A stretch of DNA of 63,781 nucleotides, the filler included, from Octopus bimaculoides (Eukaryota), in assembly GCF_001194135.2 (NCBI RefSeq). It is 7 parts of 7 records of this genome, joined end to end, with 100 filler letters (N's around TTAATTAATTAA, not from the genome) between each part and the next. Parts side by side here need not be neighbours in the genome. Positions count along the whole stretch, not along the records: positions 23,351 to 45,497 come from NC_068987.1; positions 45,598 to 58,009 come from NC_068991.1; 5 more parts are not named here. One strand, given 5' to 3'. Below are positions 40,030 through 52,345 of this stretch, one piece after another. The notes below the pieces were generated by a model. The model saw only the letters and a list, made by a program, of their open reading frames with translations. It had not been told where the DNA came from and searched no databases. The position numbers and the translations under genes are program-made. Each line of letters begins with the position of its first letter. Within the stretch, counting starts at the first letter, position 1.

Positions 40030-40618
40030 TTGTACCTGAAAATTGAATGTGTATGCGCTTGCATGTATATGCCTGAAAATCCAAATCCTACCCCCAAACT
40101 AGATCTACTCCAAAGATGGTTTTGTTCCGTAGAATACAATGGGTATTGTTCACTTCCGATTATCAGAACTAAAAGCCATTACTGCAGAACATTACTTTCT
40201 ATAACTTGAACGTGCCATTCAAGTTATGCTCAAAAAGCAACCAGTTCTCGTCAACAGAAATTGAATCATCCTGCAACATGATAATGCAGCGCCACATTTA
40301 TGGAATATAACCCAAGAAACGATATATTCATTTGACTGAGACGCTCTACTTCACCCTCCTTAATCAGCTGACGTAGCATTATCAGATTTTTACTTTTTCG
40401 GGTCACTTGAATACTTTACCTGTGGAAAGACATTCAGAAGCAGAGACGATGTCGAAAGGGTACACCAAACAGTTTTCTCTTCTAAAAAAAACCTAAGAAA
40501 TCAAAACAACGGTTTCTAGGCGGGAAAAATGCTAACAATGGTGTTATTTACCAAAAGTTTTAAGCTGATCCGAACAAATGTCGCATTTCATCAACATTAC
40601 TTTTCAGGACCCCTAATA
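40030..40618 (+). mobile_element. mariner transposase C-terminal half with 3' TIR
   Basis: KQPVLVNRN*IILQHDNAAPH motif; TIR-like end attacttttcaggacccctaata at ~40595-40618. Confidence 0.7.
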
Positions 40619-42531
40619 TTTGTTTCTTGTATTTACAGTATTCCCGAAATTTCGGTAGGGAGGATTATTTCGATTATATCGAATCCTTTCTTTTATCAAC
40701 CGCGGAGCGATGAAAGATATAGATGATCTCAGTAGGATATGAAGCAAATCACAAAGAATCATCGGAACAAATACCGCAAGGTATATAGTCACCAATCCAC
40801 TATTCTAATCAATATAGATAATGGAAGTAGCTTTGCTGCTATTTCGAGCAATTTGAACGATCACGTTCAGGTCCACATCTTAATTAATTAATTATATGTC
40901 ATACTAAAACCAGATCTCCTTTCACAATGCTGTTCCAAAATTCTGTTACTGATCAGCTTTGGTACATCTGAAATTTCTTGTCATGTATCACTGTCAATAA
41001 CTTCAATGTAGTTGAATGTTAGTTCTCTGTTTGGGCGCGGAATCACCATAATATAACATTTAAACGTTTGTGCTTAAATCTCGACGAGCTCATCTTTGTT
41101 ATTCATCTATCCGGGATCAATAAAACAAATTAGCAATAAAATACGTGGGTTCGATATAATCGACTTCACCCGTAACTCGAAATTGCTGGCCTTGTACTAA
41201 ATTTTGAAACCAATATTTATGATCTGTGAGGCTGGCAAAATCGTCACCACGGTGGGAAAGGCTTAGCGGCATTTCTTCCAAGTTTACGTTCTGAGTCCAA
41301 ATGCTGCCGGGGTCGACTTATCCTTTTAGGGTCTATAAAATATGTGCCAACTGAAAACTGGTTCATCGTAATGGAGTTGCCCCCACCCCGAAACTGCTGG
41401 TGTTGTACCGAAATTTGAAAACTATTTATTTGTCAAAGCGTCCCAACAACAATTGCCTGTATGATACGCTATAATACTGTAGCGTATCATATAGGTAATA
41501 TCATGCATTACTCGTGCTATTGAAATAGCAACTAGATTCCCTCTGCATTAAAAAGGAGCAAAAGGAACGATACAATCCGTATCAACACATAGGTTTACGT
41601 GATCACTCGTGCGACAAATTGTAGCTAAGTTTCCTCATATCTGAGAATTCGTATTTGTGAAATGAAAAACAAAAAAAATATTTTGAAAGCCTGAAAATAA
41701 TCTTAACACAATCCTCAGAAGAATTCTGACAGGAGTTGCGATAAGAACGCTTGTCATGTGATACCCAGTGCCTGGAGAAAAAGAAGGAAAAAATGTGTGC
41801 GTGAATGTTCGTGTGTATGTATGTATGTATGTATGTATGTATGCATGTATGTATGTTTGTATATTCTTTTATTCTTTTACTTCTTTCAGTCATTTGACTG
41901 CGGCCATGCTGGAGAACGGCCTTAAAGAGTTTTAATCGAAGAAATCAACCCCAGAACTTATTCTTTGTAAGCCTCTTTTGCCGAACTGCAATGTTACGGG
42001 GTCGTAAACACACCAACATCGGTTGTCAAGAGATGATGGGAGACAAACACAGACACACGGACAGTTTCCGTTTACCAAATCCACTCATACGGCTACAGTG
42101 CAAGACACTTGCCCAAGGTGCCANNNNNNNNNNNNNNNNNNNNNNNNNNNNNNNNNNNNNNNNNNNNNNNNNNNNNNNNNNNNNNNNNNNNNNNNNNNNN
42201 NNNNNNNNNNNNNNNNNNNNNNNNNNNNNNNNNNNNNNNNNNNNNNNNNNNNNNNNNNNNNNNNNNNNNNNNNNNNNNNNNNNNNNNNNNNNNNNNNNNN
42301 NNNNNNNNNNNNNNNNNNNNNNNNNNNNNNNNNNNNNNNNNNNNNNNNNNNNNNNNNNNNNNNNNNNNNNNNNNNNNNNNNNNNNNNNNNNNNNNNNNNN
42401 NNNNNNNNNNNNNNNNNNNNNNNNNNNNNNNNNNNNNNNNNNNNNNNNNNNNNNNNNNNNNNNNNNNNNNNNNNNNNNNNNNNNNNNNNNNNNNNNNNNN
42501 NNNNNNNNNNNNNNNNNNNNNNNNNNNNNNN

Positions 42532-42595
<64 letters not shown>

Positions 42596-43303
42596 TAAGA
42601 TTCCCACCTAAAGATCGCAATAGCCTGAAATTCAAGTCGTAGACAAACTTCCAGAATTACTTCAATAAAAACTTATACACACATAAATGCGCACACATTT
42701 GTGTGTGTGCTTGTGTGTTTGTATGTATGTTTGTGTGTGCGCGTGTGTGTATTAAAAAAAAAACAGGATTAAACTCAACAACGCATTTGAGCATTTATTT
42801 TATTATTATTTTAAACTTTCTGATGATTAAAAATAATACGTAAGTCTGTGTGTATGATTTACTTAATTCTATGGACATGATATGAAGGAATTTCGGTCAG
42901 AATTACCAACAACGAATCTTCAGTTGTTCGATTAGCTAAACTACCATACCTGTCCTTGAATTAGCCTGTTATTGGGTGAGTATCCCACAGTGTTAGATGT
43001 ACTCTTAATATGAATGTAGCAGTGTGAGTCTCGGGAAGAATCAGTGTAGCATAATGGGACAAGTTTGGAACTTTGAATTACAGGTGCAACCCAGCCAACA
43101 GGTTTCTACACAGTTTACGACTTGTCAGTTTCACTCATAGGTTGAGTCAACCCTAGACTACAGAAAATGACACTCAGCTAAGATGCCACGCAGCTGAATC
43201 GAAATCCGGACTTCATAATTACAAAACGAACTTCTTAACTCTTCGACCTTACTGTGCCTGCATTTACAGGACAAAACCGCTAACGATTGGCTATTTAGTT
43301 GGT

Positions 43304-43380
<77 letters not shown>

Positions 43381-44339
43381 AGTTCGACTCACAGCCGCTC
43401 TTTCTGATACAGACTTTTAACGACTTAATCTCATTAATCCATGGAAATACATAAACAAACGCACACTCGCACACACACTTATACATACACACATTCACAC
43501 ACACATAAAGAAACAAATGAACACGTATACACTCGTATCCAAGTTTACACTCAGATCATAACGATAACAATGATAATGACAATCACAATGGTTATAAAGG
43601 ACGCGAATTCCACACATATTTGGTGTCCTACTCCATAATATTGTTGTAGCTATTTTGACCCCCAGATCAGTCTTAATGAAACAGACCTATGTTGAAAAAT
43701 GTTCGAACAGTGACCATCCCATATGTTTTATATTTAATGCTGCATTATCCAATGTATCTTTTACGTGATTTCATATTCATATAAGTTGAATGTTATTTCT
43801 AGAAGGTAGGACGACTACGCCCGAGGTTCATTCTCGGCTCTCATCCTATTGCAGGGTAATGGCTTGAACATTGTATACTCGCCTCATTAAGATAGAAGGG
43901 TGTGATATGCTGGAATTTGGCTATTATTTCCAGCGGATCAACTTGCCACGTATTCTATACTCTAGTAATCTTTCGTTTTTTAAAATATAGTATTGAGTGA
44001 CTTGATAACATTTTGCTTTTATTTCTAGCAGCTGAAGCAATAACATAGAACAGATATGAGCAGCCAAATTTGCCGAGAAGCGGGCTGCATGAGACGTAAC
44101 TCATCATCAGGCGGGCTGCACTAATAAAGAAATTCAAGGCAATTGTTTGTTAGGCGAGTCATTCAGAAAGTCATGCGAGCCGCAGTTTGCTCATGACTGA
44201 TATAGTGGCTTCTTCGTTGGCTTGCATTGTACAGTATACTATCGCATAGCATGATACGATATGACATGGTGGTCTTAGAGCGTGTCACGACGTGGTAAAC
44301 AACAGCAAAGAACGAGAGTGGATATTGTTGAGTCTATGC

Positions 44340-44512
44340 AGGAGAGAGAAGGGAGAGAAGGCAAGGGGAGAGAGAGTAAGGGGAGAGAGAAGGGGAGAGA
44401 GAAGGGGAGAGAGAAGAGGAGAGCGAGCGAGGGGAGAGAGAAAAGGAGAGCGAGCAAGGGAGAGAGAGCAAGGGGGAGAGAGAGAGAGCAAGGGGAGAGA
44501 GAGAGAAGGAGA
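44340..44512. repeat. GA-rich minisatellite (unit ~12-14 bp, aaggggagagag)
   Basis: Directly visible tandem purine repeat. Confidence 0.85.
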
Positions 44513-45427
44513 GATCATGTTGAATATGTTGTTATGAAAGTCGATGCAGTTACATCTGGTGCCCTTCTGTAAGGCGGAGCAGCTGAAATACCGTATGTGC
44601 TTCGCCAGAACTTACTACTCGCTTACTTATTTAATCCCTAGGGTGTTTTAATTGTAGATATGACAGCACACTAATTCCCAGCTACTATCATTTATACTGT
44701 TGAAATCTTAAAAACTTTGCCTGCTTACCTCGTCACACAATTAATCGCTGGTGAATCTGTGTGTGTGTGTATGAGTGTATGTGAGTCCGTGCGCGTGTGT
44801 GTGTGTGTGGGTGAGTTCGTGCGTGTGTATGTGTTACATTATTGGTACTCTTTTTACGTAATTTTATTTTTTTTTAACAAATATCTTTTTTCCTGTGTAT
44901 AACTTGTTTAATGTCATTTTGATATTTTGAGAGACATGGTATATACGCACACATGTACACACACAGACACACACACACGCACACAAATACATATATATAT
45001 ATATATATATATATAATAAACACACACATACATACATCAATATATGTATATATATNNNNNNNNNNGGACGACGTTTAGTCGAACAAATCGACCCCCAGGA
45101 CTTATTCTTTGTAAGCCTAGTACTTATTTTATCGGTCTGTTTTGCCGAACCACTAGTTAACGGGTACGTAAACGCACCAACATCAGTTGTCAAGCGATAG
45201 TTGGGGGACAAACACAGATACACAAATACATACATATATATATATAATATATATACACACACACACATGACGGGCTTCTTCAGTTTCCGTATACCAAATC
45301 AACTTACAAGGCTTTGGTCGGCCCGAGGCTATAGCAGAAGACACGCAGTGGGTCTGAACCAGGAACCATGTGGCTGGGAAGCATGCTTCTTACCACACAG
45401 CCACTCCTACGCCTATATCTATATCTG

Positions 45428-45488
<61 letters not shown>

Positions 45489-45765
45489 ATATATATANNN
45501 NNNNNNNNNNNNNNNNNNNNNNNNNNNNNNNNNNNNNNNNNTTAATTAATTAANNNNNNNNNNNNNNNNNNNNNNNNNNNNNNNNNNNNNNNNNNNNAAC
45601 GCATATGTTAATAAATATTTAGGCATAAAAAGCAGGTCATATATATTTTATGACTAATTCTTGTTATATACAATTTATCTTCTCTAGATACACACACAAC
45701 TGTGAAAAACATACACAAGAAGATAAATAGACAGACAGACGGAGAGATAGAGAGAGTGAGAGAGT

Positions 45766-45801
<36 letters not shown>

Positions 45802-46460
45802 AGGTGAGAAAGAATGAGTGTGTGGGAGTTAGTGGGATGAAGAAATAAGTGAAATGTCTGTGTGTGTGCCCACCAACACCAGATGTCAAGCGGTGATGGG
45901 ACATAAATTAAGTCACAAACACACACACACAATACAAACTTCGATACATACATACATACACACAGACCCACTCACACACACACATGTAACAATATACGCA
46001 ATTTTCGTTGACTATTCTTCTTTCCCCTATGTCTTTTCCTTTTTTTCACTTTCTGATGAAGAGACATGATCGAAATATCACACCCGCATCTTTCTTTTTC
46101 AATCTTAAACTGAACCTAATAGACTCACTGTGTACGTCCTTTTGACGTCTGTTGTTTTTGTGTTTACTTTATTTTCGGTTTGCCTACACACACACAGACC
46201 CACACACACAGGTACACATACACAGGCACACGACACACACACAGACACACACATACGCATTTTACCAGAAATGTTCAAGCTGTTTCTTTTTTTTCTAACA
46301 TTGGTTTCTAGTATTTAGTAATTAATATTTATTGTTTGCTTAAAACACGGAATACAAAATTCAGTATGTCCATCTTCGTTGCTACACAATTTCCCTCTTA
46401 CCTTTGATATGAAGTGGTTTCTTAGTTGCGTTGGTTTCATAACAGAGTCATTATAACAAG

Positions 46461-46848
46461 GAGGCGCAATGGCCCAGTGGTTAGGACAGCGGACTCGCGG
46501 TCATAGAATTGCGGTTTAGATTCCCAGACCGGGCGTTGTGAGTGTTTATTGAGCGAAAACACCTAAAAGCTCCACGAGGCTCCGGCAGGGGATGGTGGCG
46601 AACCCTGCTGTACTCTTTCACCACAACTTTCTCTCACTCTTAGTTCCTGTTTCTGTTGTGCCTGTAATTCAAAGGGCCAGCTTTGTCATACTGTGTCACG
46701 CTGAATATCCCCGAGAACTACGTTAAGGGTACACGTGCTGTGGAGTGCTCATCCACTTGCACGTTAATTTCACGAGCAGGCTGTTCCGTTGATCGGATCA
46801 ACTGGAACCCTCGACGTCGTAAGCGACGGAGTGCCAACAACAACAACA
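46461..46848 (+). mobile_element. tRNA-derived SINE family D, full length, (AAC)n tail
   Basis: Head gaggcgcaatggcccagtggttaggacagcggactcgcgg...ggtttagattccc with A/B boxes; tail ttaatttcacgagcaggctgttccgttgatcggatcaactgg...gtgccaacaacaac. Confidence 0.8.
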
Positions 46849-47728
46849 TTATAACGGACAAAAAATATAGTTGTATTACTCTTACGCTTACTATCGTCCC
46901 GACAGTATTTGAAATGTTAACGTTTCATCTAATTAATTGTATTTTGTTGATGGTTGAACTGATTATATATGATTGCAAGGACTATCTGTATAAACCTGAA
47001 CATTCTAAGATATATGCCCAGAAAAATAATCATCCGATACAAACTTTTCTTGAAACCACTACACCACAAACGTTTTCTCACATAGACACACGATGAAATT
47101 GTAGTTTATTAGTTAAAAAACGTGTCTTCGGTGGTAATTGTTTAGAACTTACGCATAAGGGTAGCAGGTATTTCAAGGGACGAGTATTAATCGATTATAT
47201 CGATGCTAGTACTTCCCAAGTACAATATTTCATCGACACCTGAACAATAAAGTGGATACTCGATTTAAAATGTATTAAATACCACAAGGTTTTGCTTATA
47301 AGCGATTCTTTTGAGCTGTCCCTGACGTGATATTTTATTATCATGAGAGTGAGGATTACTCTACAATGTAGTGTCTACATGATAGCACAAGTAGTTGAAA
47401 GTAGCAACTATATCTCCTCTAATTCATACACTAAAAGCTTTAAAAAATTGAAACACATCCCATAATATATATTAAGATTACATTATGCCTGACAAGATAG
47501 TATTAAAAGGCTCCGACAGACTGTGAGCTGAATAAACAGTGTAATTAGTTAAAGAGCGAAAGACAAAGTAATCACAATAGTCGAGAAAGTGTCTCTCTAT
47601 GTCGTTCATTTGTATTGCTGTTCACATTTTAAATTTACTGTGGTATCAAACAGTCGCTGTACATATAAATGTAACATGGCTTCTGTGATGTAGTTTTCTG
47701 TAAAGGTTTCTTCGTGTAATACCATGAA

Positions 47729-48048
47729 TGTACATGGCTTAGTCGTTAGGGTATTCGGGTTACGATTGTAAGGTCACTAGTTCGATAATCGGCGGCGCGT
47801 TGTGCCCTTAAGCAAGACACTTTATTTCACGTTGTTCCAGTCCACTCAGCTGGAATTGTATCTATGAATCAAAAGGCTAGATTTTTCATATTTTGTGACA
47901 TGTTGAATCTGTGTATGTCGAGTGCTCAGCGACGTGCGCATTAATTTCACGACCAGGCTGTTCCGTTGATTAGATCGACTAGAAAACTCGTCGTAATAAC
48001 CAACGGTGTGCCAGTTTATACATAACCGACGGTGTGCCAATTTATACA
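47729..48048 (+). mobile_element. tRNA/CORE-like SINE sharing its 3' tail with the 46461 element
   Basis: Head catggcttagtcgttagggtattcgg; core gtgcccttaagcaagacactttatttcac; tail ttaatttcacgaccaggctgttccgttgattagatcgac; the terminal ~26 bp are duplicated. Confidence 0.7.
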
Positions 48049-48059
48049 TTCTGTCAGGT

Positions 48060-48290
48060 TGTTCGAGAATATATCATCGCTGTGCTCATATTAAGTTCAT
48101 CGTTCCGGTGGAGTAGGCTTAACTGTGGAACCATAGAATGAGGTTGAAACACTCGGCTTTCTCAAAATCCTCTTATTCCGGTGTATCGCGTATGTTACGA
48201 ACACACATCTGAAGGGAATGGGTATTTTCAGATGATGCAAAACAACTGCGATCCGATATATACGTGTGAATCGGCCACAGTATGCCAAAA
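48060..48290 (-). mobile_element. RTE apurinic-endonuclease remnant
   Basis: ORF 48097-48288 LKIPIPFRCVFVTYAI...SFYGSTVKPTPP resembles RTE APE LRxPx...SAYAPT...FY...VKxxP. Confidence 0.4.
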
Positions 48291-49079
48291 ATGAATAGGT
48301 ACGTTATTGTATGGATTCTGTTCTATGTGCACCCCATGAATTATGTTTGGTAGATGAAAGCGGGCAACAGCAAGTAATTTGTATGCTGATTTCTATATAG
48401 TAAATTTCGTTCTCTTGTTAGATTCATCTGTGTGGTGCAGCATCTTTCAATGAGCACATACGCAATGAGAAGTAGGTGCTGTCTCAAAGTCCCCTTATAT
48501 TGGCGAATTTAGTGTTATGATCACACAATCAAAAAAGTAAAGAGATCTTCATGATGAAAAAGCAGTGATCAGATATTCATATTCGAATGTGCCAGAACGT
48601 ATTAAGAATAAATACATACGTTTTTGTTTGGTTTCTTATTGTCCTACATGCAATTCATGATTTATTATCGTCTTCATGTGCTTTAATCAGATGCAGCAGA
48701 GATCGATTGTGTCTTTAATTATCTCCGTTCTTGATAGATTAAATTTAATGAAATTTACATCATGAAGTCAAATGGCTTTGGCATCACAAATTTGTAGTAA
48801 ATGAAAATCATTGTTAAATTCATTATTTAATATCATTGAAGACGGTGGAAATGGTTGAAAGAGGAACTACCTACTTTGTCGCATATGTATTCTACTAATT
48901 CGGTTATTCAACGAATGCCCCTAGGTCGCTGTGTCTGCATTAGTTTCAGTGTTGGTAAATTTAATATAATATAACGCTTCAATATAATCGCAGATTAAAT
49001 ATAATGTTCCAATTTAATATGGGGATGATTATACAAATCATATCACATTTGGAAGACGAATTGACTGTTGCATGACATC

Positions 49080-49600
49080 AGCTTTCATTGTTTCTTCATA
49101 AGTGGCTGATTTGATAACATATCTCCCTCATCTGCCAAGAAGTTGTGTTTCGTGTCCAAATGCAAACAGTCGCTGACATTTAGGAGCCGAGTTTGGAAAG
49201 AAGTCAATTTTGCTGAACAGATAATAGAATTTCACAGAAGAAAGTTACATGTTGAACACTACAGTACTGTAATTTGTATTTCATATACCCGAAGTTACTG
49301 GAATTTAAGATATATATGTAGCATTCCCAACTCTCTGCATATATATTAATATTTACTTTGTCATACGATACGATATATGTTTTTAAAAAATTAAATTCCA
49401 TAGTTTATATAACATTGGATATTTGCTACTTTGTAATGTCTTCATTTTATTAAATGGACGGAGTTCAAAATGTACATTTGCAATGTAGAATTGATTAAAA
49501 GACCCGTACGCAATTGGTTTTACGGCTTCTTTAATGTAAGCTATTCTGTAGGAAAGCAATGATTTTATCGTGATCCTATTACGTATACCCCGAGGCATTA
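49080..49600 (-). mobile_element. Chapaev-like DNA transposase remnant
   Basis: NM*LSSVKFYYLFSKIDFFPNS then a frameshift to LLNVSD, resembling NMSxKxHxLxSHLDxFPENLGxVSDExGERFH. Confidence 0.45.
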
Positions 49601-49864
49601 TTTGGTGCTGTTAACGCAACACCTAAATTGAAATCTCTGGAAATTTGTTGCACCTGTCGTTCTTAGAAAGGTATATTTGAAGTATACCTCTGTTGCTTTG
49701 ATAATTTAAATTGCAAGTCATTTATTAACGTTGACATCCTAATTGTTAGGAATTTCGCAAAAGCGAACAGCTATGCGGTAAATTGTCTTAGAAATATATT
49801 ATTTACAAACGGCACACGTTTAGATATATTTCTCTGTCAGTCTTTGATGCGTAAGAAAATAATT

Positions 49865-50320
49865 TGGCTGTGTGGTAAAATGTTTGCTTCCCAACCACAT
49901 GGACTCGGGTTCAGTCCCAACTACGTAGCAATTTGGGCAAGTCTCTTCTACTATTTGCGCAGGCCGATCAAAGCCTTGTGAGTGGATTTGACAGGCGGAA
50001 ACTGAAAAAAAGTCTGTCGTATACGTGCGTGTGCCTTTGTGTGTGTGTGCGTGCATGTGTGCATGTGCGGGTGTGCATGTGTATGTGTGTTATGTGTATC
50101 TTTGTGTCGGTGTTTGACCCTACCGCCGCTTGGCAACTGGTGTTGGAGTGTTTACACCCCTTAACCTAGTAGTTCGACAAAAGAGCGATGGAATTTAGTA
50201 CCAAGCTTACAAAGAAAATAAGTATAGGAACCGATTGGTTCGACTAAAGTTCCTCAAGGCGGTTCTCCAACATGGCCGCAGTCTTAATGCTGTAACGAGT
50301 AAAAGATAAAAGATAAAATA
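49865..50320 (+). mobile_element. SINE family B, full length with internal microsatellite
   Basis: tRNA-like head ggctgtgtggtaaaatgtttgcttcccaaccac...gggttcagtccca, CORE-like tttgggcaagtctcttctacta, internal (GT)n, tail ...catggccgcagtc...aaaagataaaagata. Confidence 0.85.
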
Positions 50321-50321
50321 C

Positions 50322-50471
50322 ACATTATTTACATTATTTAAAATTAACGGATATTTGTCCTCGTCTTGTTTGTTGTTAACACAACGTTTCGGCTGATATA
50401 CCGAAACATTGTGTTAATAACAAACAAGATGAGGACAAATATCCGTCATTTGTAAATAATGTAAATAATGT
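50322..50471. repeat. ~150-bp near-perfect palindrome
   Basis: Arms 50347-50392 and 50401-50446 are reverse complements with 3 mismatches in 46 bp around an 8-nt loop; pairing extends outward to 50322/50471. Confidence 0.9.
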
Positions 50472-51960
50472 ACATAATTCCTTATCTCTTAAATATAGAA
50501 CAGATAAAATATACTTGGCATCTTTATCTTTAAAATCTAATCTCGCTGGTAAATCACTAATTTTCACCTCTTCTGTGTTGATAATTAATAATCAAATCAA
50601 ACATTTCGTATCTAATTAACGCCTGCGTATCTAGAACTCACTCAACCAAACAGCTGCTGATAATCTTGCGATCACTATTATTTCTTCACTGTTCTTGTAT
50701 TAATTGTTCTTTTAAATTCTAAAAAAATAGCAGCACTTTTACTGTTTTTCATATTATATGAAATAAAATAACTCAATGAATATAATAAAAGATATCATTA
50801 CTTGTGATTGCCAAAAAAATATCACGACCAGGCGAGATTATTGGATTTGAGAAATACAGCATTGATATAACTTATGCATGAACAACACAATAATTTCTCA
50901 GTTTGTTGCAACTGTTTAGTCAATCGTTGCATGTCGTTGTGAAATATAGAGTGTTTCTGCATTTACGAGAAGTTCATCATTTTAGAGAAATATCACTCAG
51001 AAAACAGCAGCGGCTATCTTTTCCTTTTAGTTACGCTTTGACCTCAGTTATAATTTGATTTCGTTCCATGAGTGTTGTTGCTGTGTAGCTCTAGAGGATG
51101 TTTGAACGAGTAGACTTATGCTTAATCTGTTCCAGTCGTAACTTTTACATTTTATTTTCAGACATGATGTATCCTGGATTACATTATCAATGTTCCCTTT
51201 CTTTACTGTAAGATGGTTGAATACCATTTAAGAAAGGATTGGCTGTTATATTCTCTACAGTGAAATACAAAGTGTAATCATCCGGCTTGACTCGACATTT
51301 TTCGATGATTTTTTAAAAAGTAATGCCGTGTTCAGATTAAATTCTCAATGGAATTATTTTATCTTCTTGATATAAAAATAATTATATCCATCCACTTTTA
51401 ATAAAACACATCATTTTGAAATGATTTTGTACAACAGAGAATATTCAGTTAAGTGATAAAGACTGAGATATCCACATATTTATAATCTTGAATCCATATA
51501 GCTTCCTAACGTTTTACTATGTAACAAGCAAAAGTATTATCATTGTAAATGAATAATGTATGAAGCGGTTTTACTGCAGAAAATGCTAGACATCATTTCC
51601 ATGATGCTCTGAATATTTCTACCGATATGAATAACTAGCATCGACCTCGCAGCTGTCCTGCAAGCAGATTGTTCGCACTGATTGCATAATTATTTCTAAC
51701 AAGAGCAAAAATAATGATATTACTGTACACAATATAAATGTAATTCCAACTAAGAATTAACTGTGGTCAGGTATGGAAACATCTACTTACCTTATAAAAC
51801 TTATGTTGTCATTTTTGTTTTTCTTATGAAAATATCAACTGATTTATAGCTATGACTTTATTAAGTCAACATTTTCTGATTCGTAAAGAGAGTAGTGTGG
51901 TATAGTATGTCTGTTATTAGAGCGAACGAGGTGAACTACATACATGCGCACATACATACA

Positions 51961-52038
<78 letters not shown>

Positions 52039-52067
52039 TATGTGTGTGTGTGCATGCGTGCGTATGC

Positions 52068-52110
<43 letters not shown>

Positions 52111-52229
52111 TATATAATTGAAATAATCAGAAAATGGAGAAAACTTTAGATCAACAAACAAACAAATTGGACCACATCTGTAGATTACTTTCTAATGCAA
52201 AACATGACGTAACGTTTCTGTGACATAAC

Positions 52230-52345
52230 AATTCTTACGGCCATTTCGGCTTCCAATACCAGTCGATGCCTACGAAAGAAATACAAAAATAATATTCGTC
52301 ATCTTCATAGGATATTCTATCTAGTACATGGAACTTCATCAGAGT
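52230..52345 (-). ncRNA. Type I hammerhead ribozyme in the PLE 3' pseudo-LTR, slightly decayed
   Basis: Minus strand: CTGATGA (52336-52342), AG-TTCCA...TGGAAGCC stem II, GAAA (52244-52247), T-GGCC-G, TA. The right repeat keeps GAAAC-GGCC-GTA but is truncated before CTGATGA. Confidence 0.6.

Noticed and set aside
40640-40785. Strong acceptor (tttgtttcttgtatttacag) and AAG|GTATAT donor pair
   Set aside because: All three frames contain stops, and the acceptor abuts a mariner end.
44070-44120. Minus-strand CTGATGA followed by a TGAG/CTCA hairpin
   Set aside because: No GAAA follows the hairpin; the context looks like a hAT-type MITE end.
46461-46540. tRNA-like sequences at SINE heads (also 15781, 39728, 47729, 49865)
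   Set aside because: No complete cloverleaf, and each runs straight into a SINE body.
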